IMG/VR virus record: IMGVR_UViG_3300013307_000015
Direction: 5' to 3' (one strand)
Source: a virus
Taxonomy: Duplodnaviria; Heunggongvirae; Uroviricota; Caudoviricetes
Length of the DNA stretch: 64,000 nucleotides
Shown: piece by piece, positions 27,301-39,200 of the stretch
Position numbering within the stretch: position 1 is the stretch's first letter
Layout: every line of letters begins with the position of its first letter
Notes under the pieces: generated by a model
What the model was told of the DNA's origin: nothing
What the model saw: only the letters and a program-made list of their open reading frames with translations
Databases searched by the model: none
Translations under genes and position numbers: made by a program

Positions 27301-30300
27301 TTAGGAGAAGTTCGGCTTAGCCACCGAAATCGGAGCCCGTTTCATGGGTTGCGGCACGTTGGCTTGCGCCTTCGCTGCTGCATCCTGAGCATCCGATACT
27401 TGCCCAACTTGAGAAGCCTGTTGAGCTGCGTACTTCACCAGCAACTGCATCTGAGCCAGAATCTGCTTAGACACATCGAGGTGTTGCTGTGCAATCCCGC
27501 CATCAGGCAAAGCAGCCGGGTTGGCTACTGCTTGATTGCGTTGTGTGGCCAACAGATCCGTCGCTGAGCGCGTTGCAGTGGGTGAGAAGCCTGTACCCAT
27601 TGCTGCGGCCGGCCCCATTGCAGGCACGGCAAACGGATCTTGCGGAGCACCGCTCGGCTGAACCGGTACCTTGTTCATGGAGCCAGGTTTGCCCTGACCA
27701 CCCAAAGCATTGAATACCGTCACCGGAGGTTGGTTGCCCGTTCCCGTATCCGTTGGTGCCGGACCCGATGAACCACCGAAACCCATTGGTGCGCCAGTGC
27801 CTGAACTCGTCGGACTCGACGACTGCGGAACAGGACCGAAACGATCCCCGCCCTGCTTGTTCGTTTTGTTGGCTTCCACTGCCGCTTGCGCAGCCTTGGC
27901 TTCCGGCGTCAGTGCAACAGGCGACTTCCCAGCCGTGCTGCCTGCATCCGAGGCCGTCAACTTCTCACCACCTGCTTGGCCCACTCCGAACTGCTTACCC
28001 TTCGTCATGACAAGGTTGTTCAGATAAGCGACGACTTCTCCAACCGTACGAGGACGGCTACCTTCGTAGAAGATATTCGGATTGGCTTTCGCCTGAGCCG
28101 GCAGCAATTGCGCAGCGATGGTGCTCTTATCACCCTTGAGCAGCTTCACAGCTGTTCCTGCACCCAAGAAGTGTGCAGCGTAGACTTCACCCGGTGTGGG
28201 CATGCGACCCAAACCTTGACGCAAGGTCGAGATGTTGGCCTTGGTGAACTCCGCCCCCATCAGCGCATTGGCTTTGGGGTTCGTACGTGGCGTGCCCGGT
28301 GTGATGCCATACTTCCCACCGTACTTCTTCACCGTTTCATTCCACGTATCGGTGATGAACTGATACAACCCCGTTGCCGAGGACGTACCTGCTTTCACCG
28401 TGGCTCTGAAGCCCGACTCAATGGCAGCCATGACTGACATGAGTTGCGGATCCACCCCAACCATCTTGGAGGCAGCGTAGATCAGATCCTTCATGGCGGC
28501 GAAACTACCATCACCTTTCGGGTCAGGCAGATTGTTCAGAGAACCGCCCGTACCTTGAGTCGTGGCGTCCACTGGAGAACCGCTGCCTTGATACGAACTG
28601 CCGCCGCCACCAAAGAAGTTACTGACCGTATCCGAAGCTTTACCGAGCCAGTTCTTGTTACCCTTCTCATCGGTTGTCAATGACTTCCATTTCGAAGCGA
28701 ACCAGCCTGCGGCACCGCCCTGAGCTGCTGCACCCGAGCCACCCTTCTTGCTCTCCGTGTCGCCAGCACCCGGCACCCCTTTGATCTCGTCGAGCTTAGT
28801 CTTGGTGGCCTTTTCCTGCAAGCCCGCCAAGTTTTCATCCGTCGAGGATACATCGGTGTTTGCCTGATACTGAGGCCACGGCATTTGGGCTACTGACCAG
28901 ACACTCCCTCCTTGGCCATGTGCGGTTCGAATCGCTGCTGCAACATCCAGCATCTGATCCGGCTTAAGCGTCAGAAACGCTGCACGCGGATCATTCTTGC
29001 GAGCAGCACCACACACCGCTGTGAGGTAGTTCAGGTAAGTCGGCAAGAAGCGCATCTTGAACCAGCTGATCCAATTATACGCTTCAGTCGAGGCCGGACC
29101 ACTGACACCAAAAGCCGGTGCTTGTTCAGCAAACGTCTTCTGGAAGTCGCCCTTGTAGGTGGCGACGTATTTCGCATTGATGTCGACGTCCTTGAGCACG
29201 TTGTTCTCAAGTACCAGCAACGTCTTCACCTTCTCGATATTCATGTCCTTCAACCCGTAGGTCTTAAACCGAATCGTCGAGACGCCGTCGAGTGTGGAAC
29301 CCACGGACAGATGCGATGCGTCAAAATTGCCCTTCATCGTGACAATTGCACCAGCAGCGGATGTGCCTGCCTGACTACCGACATCCGTTCCAGCCAGATC
29401 CTTAATGGACTGCCAGTTCGACTGCGGTTCCTTTCTGCCAAGACCTTGGGCGACGGTCGCAGCAGCAGCAATGTCCTTCACGGTCTTAGGCTTTTGCTGG
29501 TTCGGGTTCTTCTCGGCTTCCGGAGCTTTCTGGACTTCTTCATCCACCTTCGCCATGAGAGTCTTGGCGTATTCGGCGACATCTGAATCAGAAGTTTCCA
29601 GTCCATCCATATCCGGGAAAGGTGCTTCCATGTACTTATACGGACCACCCGGCCACGAAGCCACCTGCAAGTACGCTTTCTTCTGGCCAGCTTTGAGCCC
29701 TTCAGCGTCCTTGAGCGACTTCATGTCTTCCTTCACCTTGTGCAGCGCAGCCATGTGCACCATGAATACCGGCTTAAAGCGCAGCGTGAACCATTGGACA
29801 AACTTCTGCATCTGTCCTTTGTTGTCTTTGTCCACGCCAAACGGTTCGAGGAGATCCTCATCCTTCAAACCCTTGGTGCCGAGAACCGGCTTACCCAAGC
29901 GGAACGTCACCAGCGGCTCCAGCATGTCTTCCAGCTTCCAGATGGCGTCTTGATGACCTTCATCCTTCGGCGAGAAACCGTACTGAATGTAGCGCAGCTT
30001 GGACAGATCAGTCAGCTTCTTACGGTTCAGGTATTTGATCCCCTTGTAGAGACCATAACCTGCTGCCCCAAGAATTGCACCACCAATCAACACCGGTGCA
30101 CCAACCAGACCAACCAACCCCGTCCCAATTGCACCTGCCAAGCCGAGTGCGCCACCTGAGATACCCATCAGGCTCGCTGCTGTGGAAGCCAGACCAATAC
30201 CCGTGGCTGCTGTACCGGCATAGCCGAGGTATTTGCCCAACGTCTTGTGACCGGACTTATTGGCGTAATGCTCTGCCACATCCAGTCCCAGCCCAAGCCC

Positions 30301-33300
30301 CAGACCTCCGCCCATCTTCGCCAGTCCCAATGCGCCGCGTCCAGCGAAACTACCGATGCGTCCCAGGTTTGTACCGATGTCACGCGCCATCCACGGCAAA
30401 CCACGCGTCACGCCCAGCTTACCCGCTTCCCACAACCCACGTCCACCCAGCCGCAAGCCGGCTCCAAGACCGCGTCCTGCCAGTCCCAAGCCACTCTTGG
30501 CCATACCCCACGTCGCAGCGTTGCCAGCCCGGTTCAGGTTGTACAGCTTACCTGCACCCGTCCATGCGCCCTTCAGACCCGAGAGCAACCCCTTACGAAC
30601 CTTAGCGCCCAAGCCGATCTTCTCGGCTGCCTTGCCGCCTGCGAGGGCGTCTCTAGCGAGCGCTTCTGCTTCGTGCTGTGGCAGACCTGCGGCCATTGCG
30701 GCATGCATGATCTCTTCAGCTTCTTGTGCAAGCTTCATGCCCTTGGCTGCTTTGAATGCCTCAGCCGTAGCCACGAAACCGGACTTACCGGCAGCCCGTG
30801 CTGCACCACCGGCTTTGAGCACATCACCCACACCTTGGAGCCCAGCTCGACCCAGTCCACCCAAGCCGCGAATGCCGCGACCGAGACCACGGAAGATCTT
30901 GCCACCCGGAATCAGGGAGAGTGCACTCAACGCCAAAGAGCCGTAGCCTGCCGCATCGGATGACGAACCGCCCTTGTCACCTTCGCCGTCCTTGATGCCT
31001 TTGCGCCTTTTCAGGAAGTCAAAGAGCGCTTTACCTACTGCGCCCAATGCACCGTAGATGGACATGCCACCTTCCTTAAATTTCGCAGCAGCTTCGCGTG
31101 CGACGTCGGCTGCGCTTTCGCCCTTAGCGACGTTACCTGCCAGTCCTTTTTTCTTCTGGTCTTCGTAACTACCCTCACGAATCCCATCTCCGTCGATGTC
31201 CCCTACTACACGACGCCGCTTGGGCAAGCGGCTATCCAGCAGGTCACGGATTTCCGTCAAGCGTTCAATGATGGTTTTGCCACCCGAGAACGCAATGCCG
31301 TCAACATGGAACCAGTTCTTGAAACCTTGCCACTTTCCGGACAGAAAGTCCTTGGCCATGTTAAAGCCGTTCTGGACTTTATTGAACGCCATTTGCATGG
31401 TGTCCTTGCCGAATTGCAGCAAACGCAGTTTGCCTGTGAGCAGGGGTCGACCCCACTTATCACAGATACCCGTGCGCAGGTCATTGTCCGTCAACACCTG
31501 ATCGCCTGACAAATTCACCACCGGGCCGTCAATGTCTGCCGGCGTCATGATGTACTTGTCGCGACGATGCATCGACCGGTAACCCCGTGCCCGCATGATG
31601 ACTGCTTGCAGTTTCGGAGTTTCCAGATTGTCCTTGGTGTAGACGTCTTGGGCATCGAGATGCTGCATGCCCTTGTTGACAGCACTACGCAATGCATCGC
31701 GCGCTGCGCCGTAGACAGACAGACCGCCTTGGAAACCTGCCTTGGCTTTATCCCAGACCCAGTCCTTGACAGCCAGCAACTTCTTGCCTGCCGTGGTTCG
31801 CACGAAAGCTTGGGCGGCTTGCTGCGGATCGAGGATCAGGTTGCCTTCCTCGTCGTAGACCGAACCCTTGATGTCCTTCCAGGATTTGATGAGCTTGCGT
31901 TTCGCATCCGTGACAGGGCCATCGTAGTACATTCCGGCTTTGAACCCCCAAGCCGTCAGGCGAGGTTTCAACTCACCCTCGATGTACACTTCCTTCATGT
32001 CTTCCCACTTCTTCTTGGCCTGATCCATCCAGCCGCCGACTGTGTCGCGGACATTGCCAAATGCACCTTTGACCTTTCCCATGGTCTGGTGGCGGTTATT
32101 CCACTGAGCCGTACCCCAGCCCGGTTGTTTCCACCATTCCAATGCCCGTTGACCAAGACCACGCGCACGTTGCTTACCGTGCATCCAGTTCTGCCGCAGT
32201 GAGCGATCCCAGAAACTCGGACCACCGGGACCACCCGGCCCCATCATCGAAGCGTCGCCTGCATCTCCCGCATTCCAGACCACGAGTCCTGCTTTCATGA
32301 TCTCTTCGATACGCGTGAGCGTTTCATTCGCCTTATCCAGATGACTGAAACTGTTGTTGCCCTTGATGGCTTCAATCACTGCGCCGAAGTCTTGCGAGCC
32401 TGCGGTGCTGCGATCGTAAGCAGCAGCATAACCCGGTGCTTCGTTGACGATGTGGTTGGTCGTATGGCGAATACCAGAACCACGCAGGTTCGGCGAAGCA
32501 GCACCACCGCGCTTGCGCGAAGCACGCCGTGATCCGGGTGCACCATCTGCCGGGCTGTACTTGTTGTCGAGGTGGTAGTCGGAGATCTTTTCGATGTCGA
32601 TGTTGCCGTACTGATCGACCAAGCCCAGATCTTCGAGTTGATCCAAGAACCCGGCGTTGGCCAGATCCTGAATTTCCTCGCGAGCCAATTTCACCCCTTG
32701 CCCCAGCGAGACGTGCTTGTTAGCAAACTGCACCCGTTGCGCGTAGCTACGGTCGTTCTCCTTACTGTAACGATCCTCGAAGTGACGGGCGAGTTCAAAC
32801 GAGTGATTGTTACGGTGATTCAGCGGGTCCATGTAGTGCTCGGCTGAACCGGACTGATTGTGCAGGTTGTCCCTCATCAACTGTTGCCGCAGCGCAGCCC
32901 GTGCTCCCGGTGAGAGCTTTTTCTGCGGGTCGATTTCATTGAGCAGCTCTTCCATGTCACGGTTGAGCTGTTCGCTGTTCGACTTGTTGATGACGGTATT
33001 GTAAAGACGCTTGCGCACTTCACTGGTGCGACTGAACTTGTTGCTCGTGAAGTCGTACGAGGTCAGCTCGACACCCTCATCGCCCGTACGCATGACTTGC
33101 AGCTCACGGAAGATACGAGCCAAATAACCCGGAATGACTTCCGTGATCGACTTAGCCACTTGACGCGAGAAGATCGCCGGACCTTGCATGTCTTTCAAGC
33201 GGTCCTTCTGGATGGTGCGATCCAAGCCACCATTCATCATGATCGCATCGCGCAAAAGGTCTTGCACCGAGCGCGGCAGAAAGCGCATGTAGCCCGGCAG

Positions 33301-34551
33301 GTCGTCGAAGCTCTGTGCCCAGTTCTTCGCCTTACCCGGCAGGTTAGTCGCGCCGTACTGAAGCTGGTTACCCAGACGGGTTCCCTTTTGCAGCAACTCT
33401 GCCATACGGCCCGTCTTCGGCAGGCGCTTGATGAGAGCCTGCATGGCTTTGGTGCCGTAGTGCTGGGCAGCCATACCGGACGCACCGCCGAGCAGAATCT
33501 CTTCAGGACGCATGCCATCCAGTTGCATGCCGCCCATCATGTTCATCAGTTCAGCGCCTTCGCTCACGCCTTGGATGCCTTGTTGCGCACCCCACGCGAA
33601 GTCTTTCACCCGCTGACCCAGCACCTTACGCAGGTTCTCACCCGTTTGACGGATGAAGTTGACGCGGTCGCCCACAATGCCTTGACCGAACGACATGGTG
33701 GCGTCAGCAAAGCGATTGCGCATCGCTTGCTTGAGACGATCCGATTCCTTCAACTTCACGTAGTCAGGCAGACCCGTGTTCTTGATGATCTTCTGGAACG
33801 CCTCGGTAGTCACCTCGTTCATGCGACGCTGCTCGACGACCATGTCGCGCAAGGCGTAGTACGAACGGAACTGCAACTCCAGTGACTTGCGATGGTAGCC
33901 TGAGGTGATGTTGTTCTGGTAAGCAGCCAGTTGCGAGACTGACAGCCGGATCTGATTGAGCTGACCCATGCTGTCTTTGTGACGCACCTGCTCGATGCCT
34001 TCACGGATCTTGCTGCGCGAGTCTTCACGCTGCTGTCGCTTGGCTTCAGAGGTCACGTTAAAGCGCATCACCTCAGCAATCTGCGCTTGCATCATCGCTT
34101 CGCGCTGCGCTTCCGGATCTTCGTAGCCTGCACCTGCTTCCAAGCTACGGCCCCAATTCTTCATCTTGGAGGCCAAACTCTTGGGCAGATACTTGTCGAT
34201 CGGTTCTTCCATTCGCTGAACGGTGCGCTTCATGTCGTTCAGCAAAGGCTTCATTTCGCGCGAGGTCTCATCGTATAGACTCCGAAGAGTGCTCGTCGCT
34301 TCGTCGGCAATGTCGAGGGCCGACCCGTAGCCCTTCGGCAGCACAGTGCGAATTGTGCGCCGAATAAACTCGCTTTCCAGCAAGCCTTGGCTACCGAGTG
34401 CGCCCTTCAGCGCAGCTTTGGACAAACCCGTAGCCACCTGACGAGCACTGCGCTTCGTATCAAAATCACCGAACGAGGAAAAGTCGGGAATATCGAGACT
34501 ATGGTCGAAACTGAAATCGTTTCCCGACTCAAACTTATTTTTTCCAGCCAT
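27301..34551 (-). CDS. Giant tail protein with lytic transglycosylase domain (phiKZ gp181-like; tape-measure/cell-puncturing)
   Basis: 2416 aa; SLT motifs 'MAAIESGF...SSATGLYQFITDTW' and 'VYAAHFLGAG'; Gly/Ala-rich hydrophobic middle region. Confidence 0.9.
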   Translation of the reverse strand: MAGKNKFESGNDFSFDHSLDIPDFSSFGDFDTKRSARQVATGLSKAALKGALGSQGLLESEFIRRTIRTVLPKGYGSALDIADEATSTLRSLYDETSREMKPLLNDMKRTVQRMEEPIDKYLPKSLASKMKNWGRSLEAGAGYEDPEAQREAMMQAQIAEVMRFNVTSEAKRQQREDSRSKIREGIEQVRHKDSMGQLNQIRLSVSQLAAYQNNITSGYHRKSLELQFRSYYALRDMVVEQRRMNEVTTEAFQKIIKNTGLPDYVKLKESDRLKQAMRNRFADATMSFGQGIVGDRVNFIRQTGENLRKVLGQRVKDFAWGAQQGIQGVSEGAELMNMMGGMQLDGMRPEEILLGGASGMAAQHYGTKAMQALIKRLPKTGRMAELLQKGTRLGNQLQYGATNLPGKAKNWAQSFDDLPGYMRFLPRSVQDLLRDAIMMNGGLDRTIQKDRLKDMQGPAIFSRQVAKSITEVIPGYLARIFRELQVMRTGDEGVELTSYDFTSNKFSRTSEVRKRLYNTVINKSNSEQLNRDMEELLNEIDPQKKLSPGARAALRQQLMRDNLHNQSGSAEHYMDPLNHRNNHSFELARHFEDRYSKENDRSYAQRVQFANKHVSLGQGVKLAREEIQDLANAGFLDQLEDLGLVDQYGNIDIEKISDYHLDNKYSPADGAPGSRRASRKRGGAASPNLRGSGIRHTTNHIVNEAPGYAAAYDRSTAGSQDFGAVIEAIKGNNSFSHLDKANETLTRIEEIMKAGLVVWNAGDAGDASMMGPGGPGGPSFWDRSLRQNWMHGKQRARGLGQRALEWWKQPGWGTAQWNNRHQTMGKVKGAFGNVRDTVGGWMDQAKKKWEDMKEVYIEGELKPRLTAWGFKAGMYYDGPVTDAKRKLIKSWKDIKGSVYDEEGNLILDPQQAAQAFVRTTAGKKLLAVKDWVWDKAKAGFQGGLSVYGAARDALRSAVNKGMQHLDAQDVYTKDNLETPKLQAVIMRARGYRSMHRRDKYIMTPADIDGPVVNLSGDQVLTDNDLRTGICDKWGRPLLTGKLRLLQFGKDTMQMAFNKVQNGFNMAKDFLSGKWQGFKNWFHVDGIAFSGGKTIIERLTEIRDLLDSRLPKRRRVVGDIDGDGIREGSYEDQKKKGLAGNVAKGESAADVAREAAAKFKEGGMSIYGALGAVGKALFDFLKRRKGIKDGEGDKGGSSSDAAGYGSLALSALSLIPGGKIFRGLGRGIRGLGGLGRAGLQGVGDVLKAGGAARAAGKSGFVATAEAFKAAKGMKLAQEAEEIMHAAMAAGLPQHEAEALARDALAGGKAAEKIGLGAKVRKGLLSGLKGAWTGAGKLYNLNRAGNAATWGMAKSGLGLAGRGLGAGLRLGGRGLWEAGKLGVTRGLPWMARDIGTNLGRIGSFAGRGALGLAKMGGGLGLGLGLDVAEHYANKSGHKTLGKYLGYAGTAATGIGLASTAASLMGISGGALGLAGAIGTGLVGLVGAPVLIGGAILGAAGYGLYKGIKYLNRKKLTDLSKLRYIQYGFSPKDEGHQDAIWKLEDMLEPLVTFRLGKPVLGTKGLKDEDLLEPFGVDKDNKGQMQKFVQWFTLRFKPVFMVHMAALHKVKEDMKSLKDAEGLKAGQKKAYLQVASWPGGPYKYMEAPFPDMDGLETSDSDVAEYAKTLMAKVDEEVQKAPEAEKNPNQQKPKTVKDIAAAATVAQGLGRKEPQSNWQSIKDLAGTDVGSQAGTSAAGAIVTMKGNFDASHLSVGSTLDGVSTIRFKTYGLKDMNIEKVKTLLVLENNVLKDVDINAKYVATYKGDFQKTFAEQAPAFGVSGPASTEAYNWISWFKMRFLPTYLNYLTAVCGAARKNDPRAAFLTLKPDQMLDVAAAIRTAHGQGGSVWSVAQMPWPQYQANTDVSSTDENLAGLQEKATKTKLDEIKGVPGAGDTESKKGGSGAAAQGGAAGWFASKWKSLTTDEKGNKNWLGKASDTVSNFFGGGGSSYQGSGSPVDATTQGTGGSLNNLPDPKGDGSFAAMKDLIYAASKMVGVDPQLMSVMAAIESGFRATVKAGTSSATGLYQFITDTWNETVKKYGGKYGITPGTPRTNPKANALMGAEFTKANISTLRQGLGRMPTPGEVYAAHFLGAGTAVKLLKGDKSTIAAQLLPAQAKANPNIFYEGSRPRTVGEVVAYLNNLVMTKGKQFGVGQAGGEKLTASDAGSTAGKSPVALTPEAKAAQAAVEANKTNKQGGDRFGPVPQSSSPTSSGTGAPMGFGGSSGPAPTDTGTGNQPPVTVFNALGGQGKPGSMNKVPVQPSGAPQDPFAVPAMGPAAAMGTGFSPTATRSATDLLATQRNQAVANPAALPDGGIAQQHLDVSKQILAQMQLLVKYAAQQASQVGQVSDAQDAAAKAQANVPQPMKRAPISVAKPNFS

Positions 34552-34624
34552 AACTGTGGCTCCGCAATATTGCTAGGGTCGATGACCCTGCTCATAAGTT
34601 TTCGATTGAAAAGGAAGAATGGTC

Positions 34625-36256
34625 ATGGCGGCTCCGCTCAGTATTCCGTTCAACCTGACCTTGCTTCAGCTGACACCCGCTAAACTCCAGCTGATGCGAC
34701 CGGTCACGGTACTGGCCAGTTTCGAAGGAACTGGATCCAACTTCGACCCGAATGGTCTTTTTAGCACGGAGATCTTTGGTCGTGTGGGGGACGAATTGCG
34801 CTCGCGTCGTTTTTCCTACATCGACATTCGCGTGTCGATTTTCCACCCGATCATCTATCGTGCGTTGGTGGATTTGAAACAGCTTTACGCTGGGATTCTC
34901 TCTGGTTCTGAATATGCCGTTTTCAGCGAAGAGGAAGGCGACTTCGTTCGCTCCGATACGGTCAACGGCAAGACCGGCTACCAGTTCTTCGTGTCGAACT
35001 GGAAACGGATTCGGTTTGATGAGACCAAATCGGTTTCGCGTGAACACAACATCAAACTGGTGACGAAGTTTCGTGACCAGTGCATGCTTGACCATGTGGT
35101 GGTGTTGCCCGCCGGTTTGCGCGACATGGAGATCTTGGCAGATGGTCGGCCGCAAGAAGACGAGGTGAACTCGCTCTACCGCAAGCTGCTGATGATCTCC
35201 AACACGATTTCGGATGCGTCGATCACGCACAACCCGGAAGTCATCAACAACACGCGCTTCAACCTCCAGAAGACGTTCAATCAGATTTACCAGACCTACG
35301 AGGACATGATCTCGGGTCGTCGTAAGCTGATTCAGAACCGTTGGACGGCACGCCGTATCTTCAACGGTACGCGAAACGTGATTACAGCTGCGGACACCTC
35401 AGTCGAGTATCTGGGTGCACCCGGCGGGATGAGCTTCAACGACACGGGTATCGGGTTGTATCAGACGCTCAAGGCGTTGTTGCCGATCGCCAAGCATCTG
35501 ATCCGAAATGGCTTTCTGTCGAAGGTGTTCATCGCTGTCGACCAACCGGCACAACTCGTCGACAAGAAGACGCTGAAGAAAACCCCGGTCAGCCTGAAGC
35601 CTTACATCTACGACCGCTGGATGACGGATGAAGGGATCGAGAAAGTGATCACGGCGTTTGCACACGAAGACAGCCGTCACAAGGTCATGGAGATCGACGA
35701 TCACTACCTCGGCCTGATTTACAAGGGACCGGACGGTACATTCCGACTCTTGCAGGACATCGACGAAGTACCGGAAGGGCGCAACAAGAAGGACGTCTTC
35801 CCGATTACGTTCTGCGAGCTGTTGTACTGCTCGACGTACAACGACCTGAATAAGTACCCGCTTTACGTGACGCGCTACCCGGTCACCGGGATGGGGTCGA
35901 TCTATCCGTCGAAGATCTTCTGCCGCACCACGATCAAGTACGAAAAACGCAAGGAACTCGCACCGACATGGGATCCGATGGATGACAGCCACACCGCGTA
36001 TCAATTTCCGGTACGGGGTTCGGCTTTTGTCAATTCGCTGATTCCGCACTCTTCGAAGCTCGCGCGCCTAGGCGCTGACTTCGACGGCGATACCTGCTCG
36101 GGCAATGCTGTCTATACGCAAGAAGCTGTGCAGGAAGTCAACAACTTCTTGCAGACGACGCGTGCCTATGTAGATACCGATGGCCGCTTCATGGCGTCGA
36201 CTGATATCGACACCGTGCAGTTGGTCTTGCACAACCTCACTGGGGTTAAAGAATGA
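34625..36256 (+). CDS. rpoC: Virion RNA polymerase beta' subunit, catalytic fragment (phiKZ gp180-like)
   Basis: 'GLFSTEIFG', 'VLPAGLRD', 'RYP' and catalytic 'ADFDGD'; alternative start at 34619. Confidence 0.93.
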   Translation: MAAPLSIPFNLTLLQLTPAKLQLMRPVTVLASFEGTGSNFDPNGLFSTEIFGRVGDELRSRRFSYIDIRVSIFHPIIYRALVDLKQLYAGILSGSEYAVFSEEEGDFVRSDTVNGKTGYQFFVSNWKRIRFDETKSVSREHNIKLVTKFRDQCMLDHVVVLPAGLRDMEILADGRPQEDEVNSLYRKLLMISNTISDASITHNPEVINNTRFNLQKTFNQIYQTYEDMISGRRKLIQNRWTARRIFNGTRNVITAADTSVEYLGAPGGMSFNDTGIGLYQTLKALLPIAKHLIRNGFLSKVFIAVDQPAQLVDKKTLKKTPVSLKPYIYDRWMTDEGIEKVITAFAHEDSRHKVMEIDDHYLGLIYKGPDGTFRLLQDIDEVPEGRNKKDVFPITFCELLYCSTYNDLNKYPLYVTRYPVTGMGSIYPSKIFCRTTIKYEKRKELAPTWDPMDDSHTAYQFPVRGSAFVNSLIPHSSKLARLGADFDGDTCSGNAVYTQEAVQEVNNFLQTTRAYVDTDGRFMASTDIDTVQLVLHNLTGVKE

Positions 36257-39200
36257 TCTTTTACGACCTCTTTTTTCGCAAGTACGGCATTCGACGCATC
36301 GACAAGTTGCTCTCTCCAGTCATGCCGTCGACGCGCCTGCTTGAGCTGCCGCTGTCTTCGATTTACCACTATCTGGGATCGAACAGCGGCGTAGACGTCG
36401 CCCCAGCTGCCAACGAGTACCTGTTCCGCAATGTGACACGGCAGATCGCCATGGAACACGTGCTGGAGCCGGGGGCTAAGCTGGGCATGCCGCAACGGTT
36501 GGGTTCGGTCAATGTGCCGCAGATGGTGAAGACTTACCATACGCGACATCGCCGCTACCAACTGGTGCACAGCATCGCCAACTACGAGAATGCACCGCAA
36601 ACGCTCGTGGTGGAAAACTACGGCTTTATCTCGTTGCGTCTGAAGTACCAGCGTCAGATCCTGACGTCGTATTACCAATGGTACAACCAGAACGCAGCGC
36701 TCTGGGATCGGATGGCCATGCTGGCGGCTACCTCGGCCCGTCAACAATTTGTCAAGTTCGCTTTGCCCACGACCCTGCCTTCGATGACAGATCTGCGCAC
36801 GTATCAGGCGAAGATGAATGCGACAGCGATCCACCACATCTACGAACCCGAATCATTCCTGATTCTGGAGTTCTGGAAGTGGCTGGGGGACTTGCGTCAT
36901 GAGTCACTGCTCTCTCGCATCCCGAAAGACAAGCTCTCGAAGATCAACATCATCTTCGAAGAGTCGGGTCGTTGGGTGCTGCTGAACCTGGGTCTCATCG
37001 ACAGCTGGCGCAACACGCCCAAGGAAGAAATTCCTAGCCTGCCTGAAGGGGTGCTTCCCAACAAGGCCGGCGTCGAAGGTCCGCAGTTGCAACGACGTTT
37101 CCTCTCGATGATGATGACGCTTTTCCAAGCGCGCTCAGTCGACGGCAAAGTCATGGTTGCAGGGGGAGTCGATGCAAAAAAATCGGAGGGTGGTGAGGAA
37201 GCAACGCTCACGAAGCCGGAGGCCACACTGCCCGAAGTCAATCCGGTTACCGGCAGTGTTACGACCAAGACGGATGACGCACAGATTGAAGCGAATCCGG
37301 AGGACATTCTCAATGCCGATACGCACGACGAGAAGCCGGTTGCCGTTGAATTGACGCCTGATCAAGAACGTCATCTCGAAGCTGATCTGTTGGAGCTGGA
37401 TCGCATCAGCAAAGCAGTTGCGCAACGGCGCAAAGAGATGATGGAGTTCATGGTCGAGCAGGATGAAGCGCCGCAAGCGGAGCTGCGTGGTTTGCATGCC
37501 GGATCGATTCCTACGCCACTGCGCAAGACGCTTACGCCGCCGAAGAAACAACCGGAACTCAAACCGATTGATCCTCAGCCGGAGGTGCAACATGCCGCAG
37601 TGGATCACACCCGTGGTGTGCAAAAAGTCATCGACCGATTGGCTGAGCAGGGTATGCTCTCAGCCGCTGAAGTCAACCGCTACCAGCAACTCGCCAAACG
37701 CCACGAAGTCATCGACGCTCCCGACGGAAAAGGATCGCTTAAAGACTTTGTGGTGGTAAAGCCCGAGGACACGCAAGTCCAAGCGCACGCGATTCCGGAC
37801 AAGCCGACCATCCTCGATAAGACGATGCTGCATTCGACGCTGCATTCGTTCGATGCGAAGTACGTGGGTGACGTCATGCAAAAGGACGTCGCAGCGATGG
37901 TGCTCAAGATTCAGGATGCGGGGTACTGCGTCACGGATTACGAAGTCGAGCACGTCGAGCAGATCACGGGCAACTTCGATATGTACACCTGCCGGGTGAC
38001 ACCGATCGAAGGCTCGCCCTCCACGTTGCGCTGGAAGCTGCCCTCCATTCGACCGGATGGCGTGTTCGTAGCGAACAACGTGCCGTATCGGCTGCGCAAG
38101 CAGCGCGGGGATCTGCCGATTCGCAAAGTCTCGCCGAGCCGTGTCAAGCTCACGTCTTACTACGGGAAAGTGTTTGTCTCCCGTAGCGAGAAGAAGGTGG
38201 ACGATTACGGTGACTGGTTGCGGCGCAACATCATGGCAGCCGGACTGGATTCGGATAACCACCACGTCACAGATCTGCAACCTGCCAACGTATTTGACAA
38301 TGCGTTTATCTGTCCGCGCGAGTATTCGATTTGCGCGATGGGTTTTCGCAGCTTCACGGTCACCCCTGGTGCGTGGCCGGAGCGTGTGAAGTTCAGTGCG
38401 TTGCATTTGAACTTTGACCACACCCGCCGGGAGGCGCTGTTTGGTAAAGACATGCTTGCAAAGTACGAAAAAGCGGGTGCCATCATGATCGGTCTGACTA
38501 ACAAGAAAGATCCGATTATCATGACCAAGGACGGCGGGATTTCCGTGGTAGCGGAAGGCTTGATGATCCAGCTGCCGGAGATTGCGGAGCTGTGCGGGTT
38601 TCCGCTCGCTAAAGCACCGTCGGACTACATCGAAGTCAAGGTGTTCAGTCAGTCGATTCCGCTCGGGGTGATTCTGGCCTACGAGATGGGGCTGGGTGCA
38701 TTGATCCAGATGCTGGGGGTAGAACCTCGTCGTGTGCCGGCTGGCAAACGGGTCAATCTGGAGCCGTCGGAGTACGCGCTTCAGTTCGCTGATGAAACGC
38801 TCGTGTTTCGTCGCAAGGACAAACTGGCAGGGCTCGTACTGTCAGGCTTCAATGCGTTCTGGAAGGCGCTTAAGCAGTACAGCGTCTACGAGTTCGATCG
38901 GCGTGGTGTCTATCTGAATGTGCTGGAGTCGGCAGGCATTGGCTCGAAGTACCTGCGTGAAATCGATCTGCTGTACCAACTGTGGGTCGATCCAATTACG
39001 CGCGAGCTGCTGCAAGAGTTCCATGAACCGACGGAATTCCAAGCCATTCTGATGCGTGCTGCGGAGCTGCTCTTGAGTGACCAGCATCCGCGTGAGTTGG
39101 ATACCTCGTATCAGCGTTTTAAGGGATACGAGCGTATGGCGGGAGCCGTGTACGCCGAATTGATCGCCTCGATTCGTGCGCACAACAGCAAGCCCGGTAA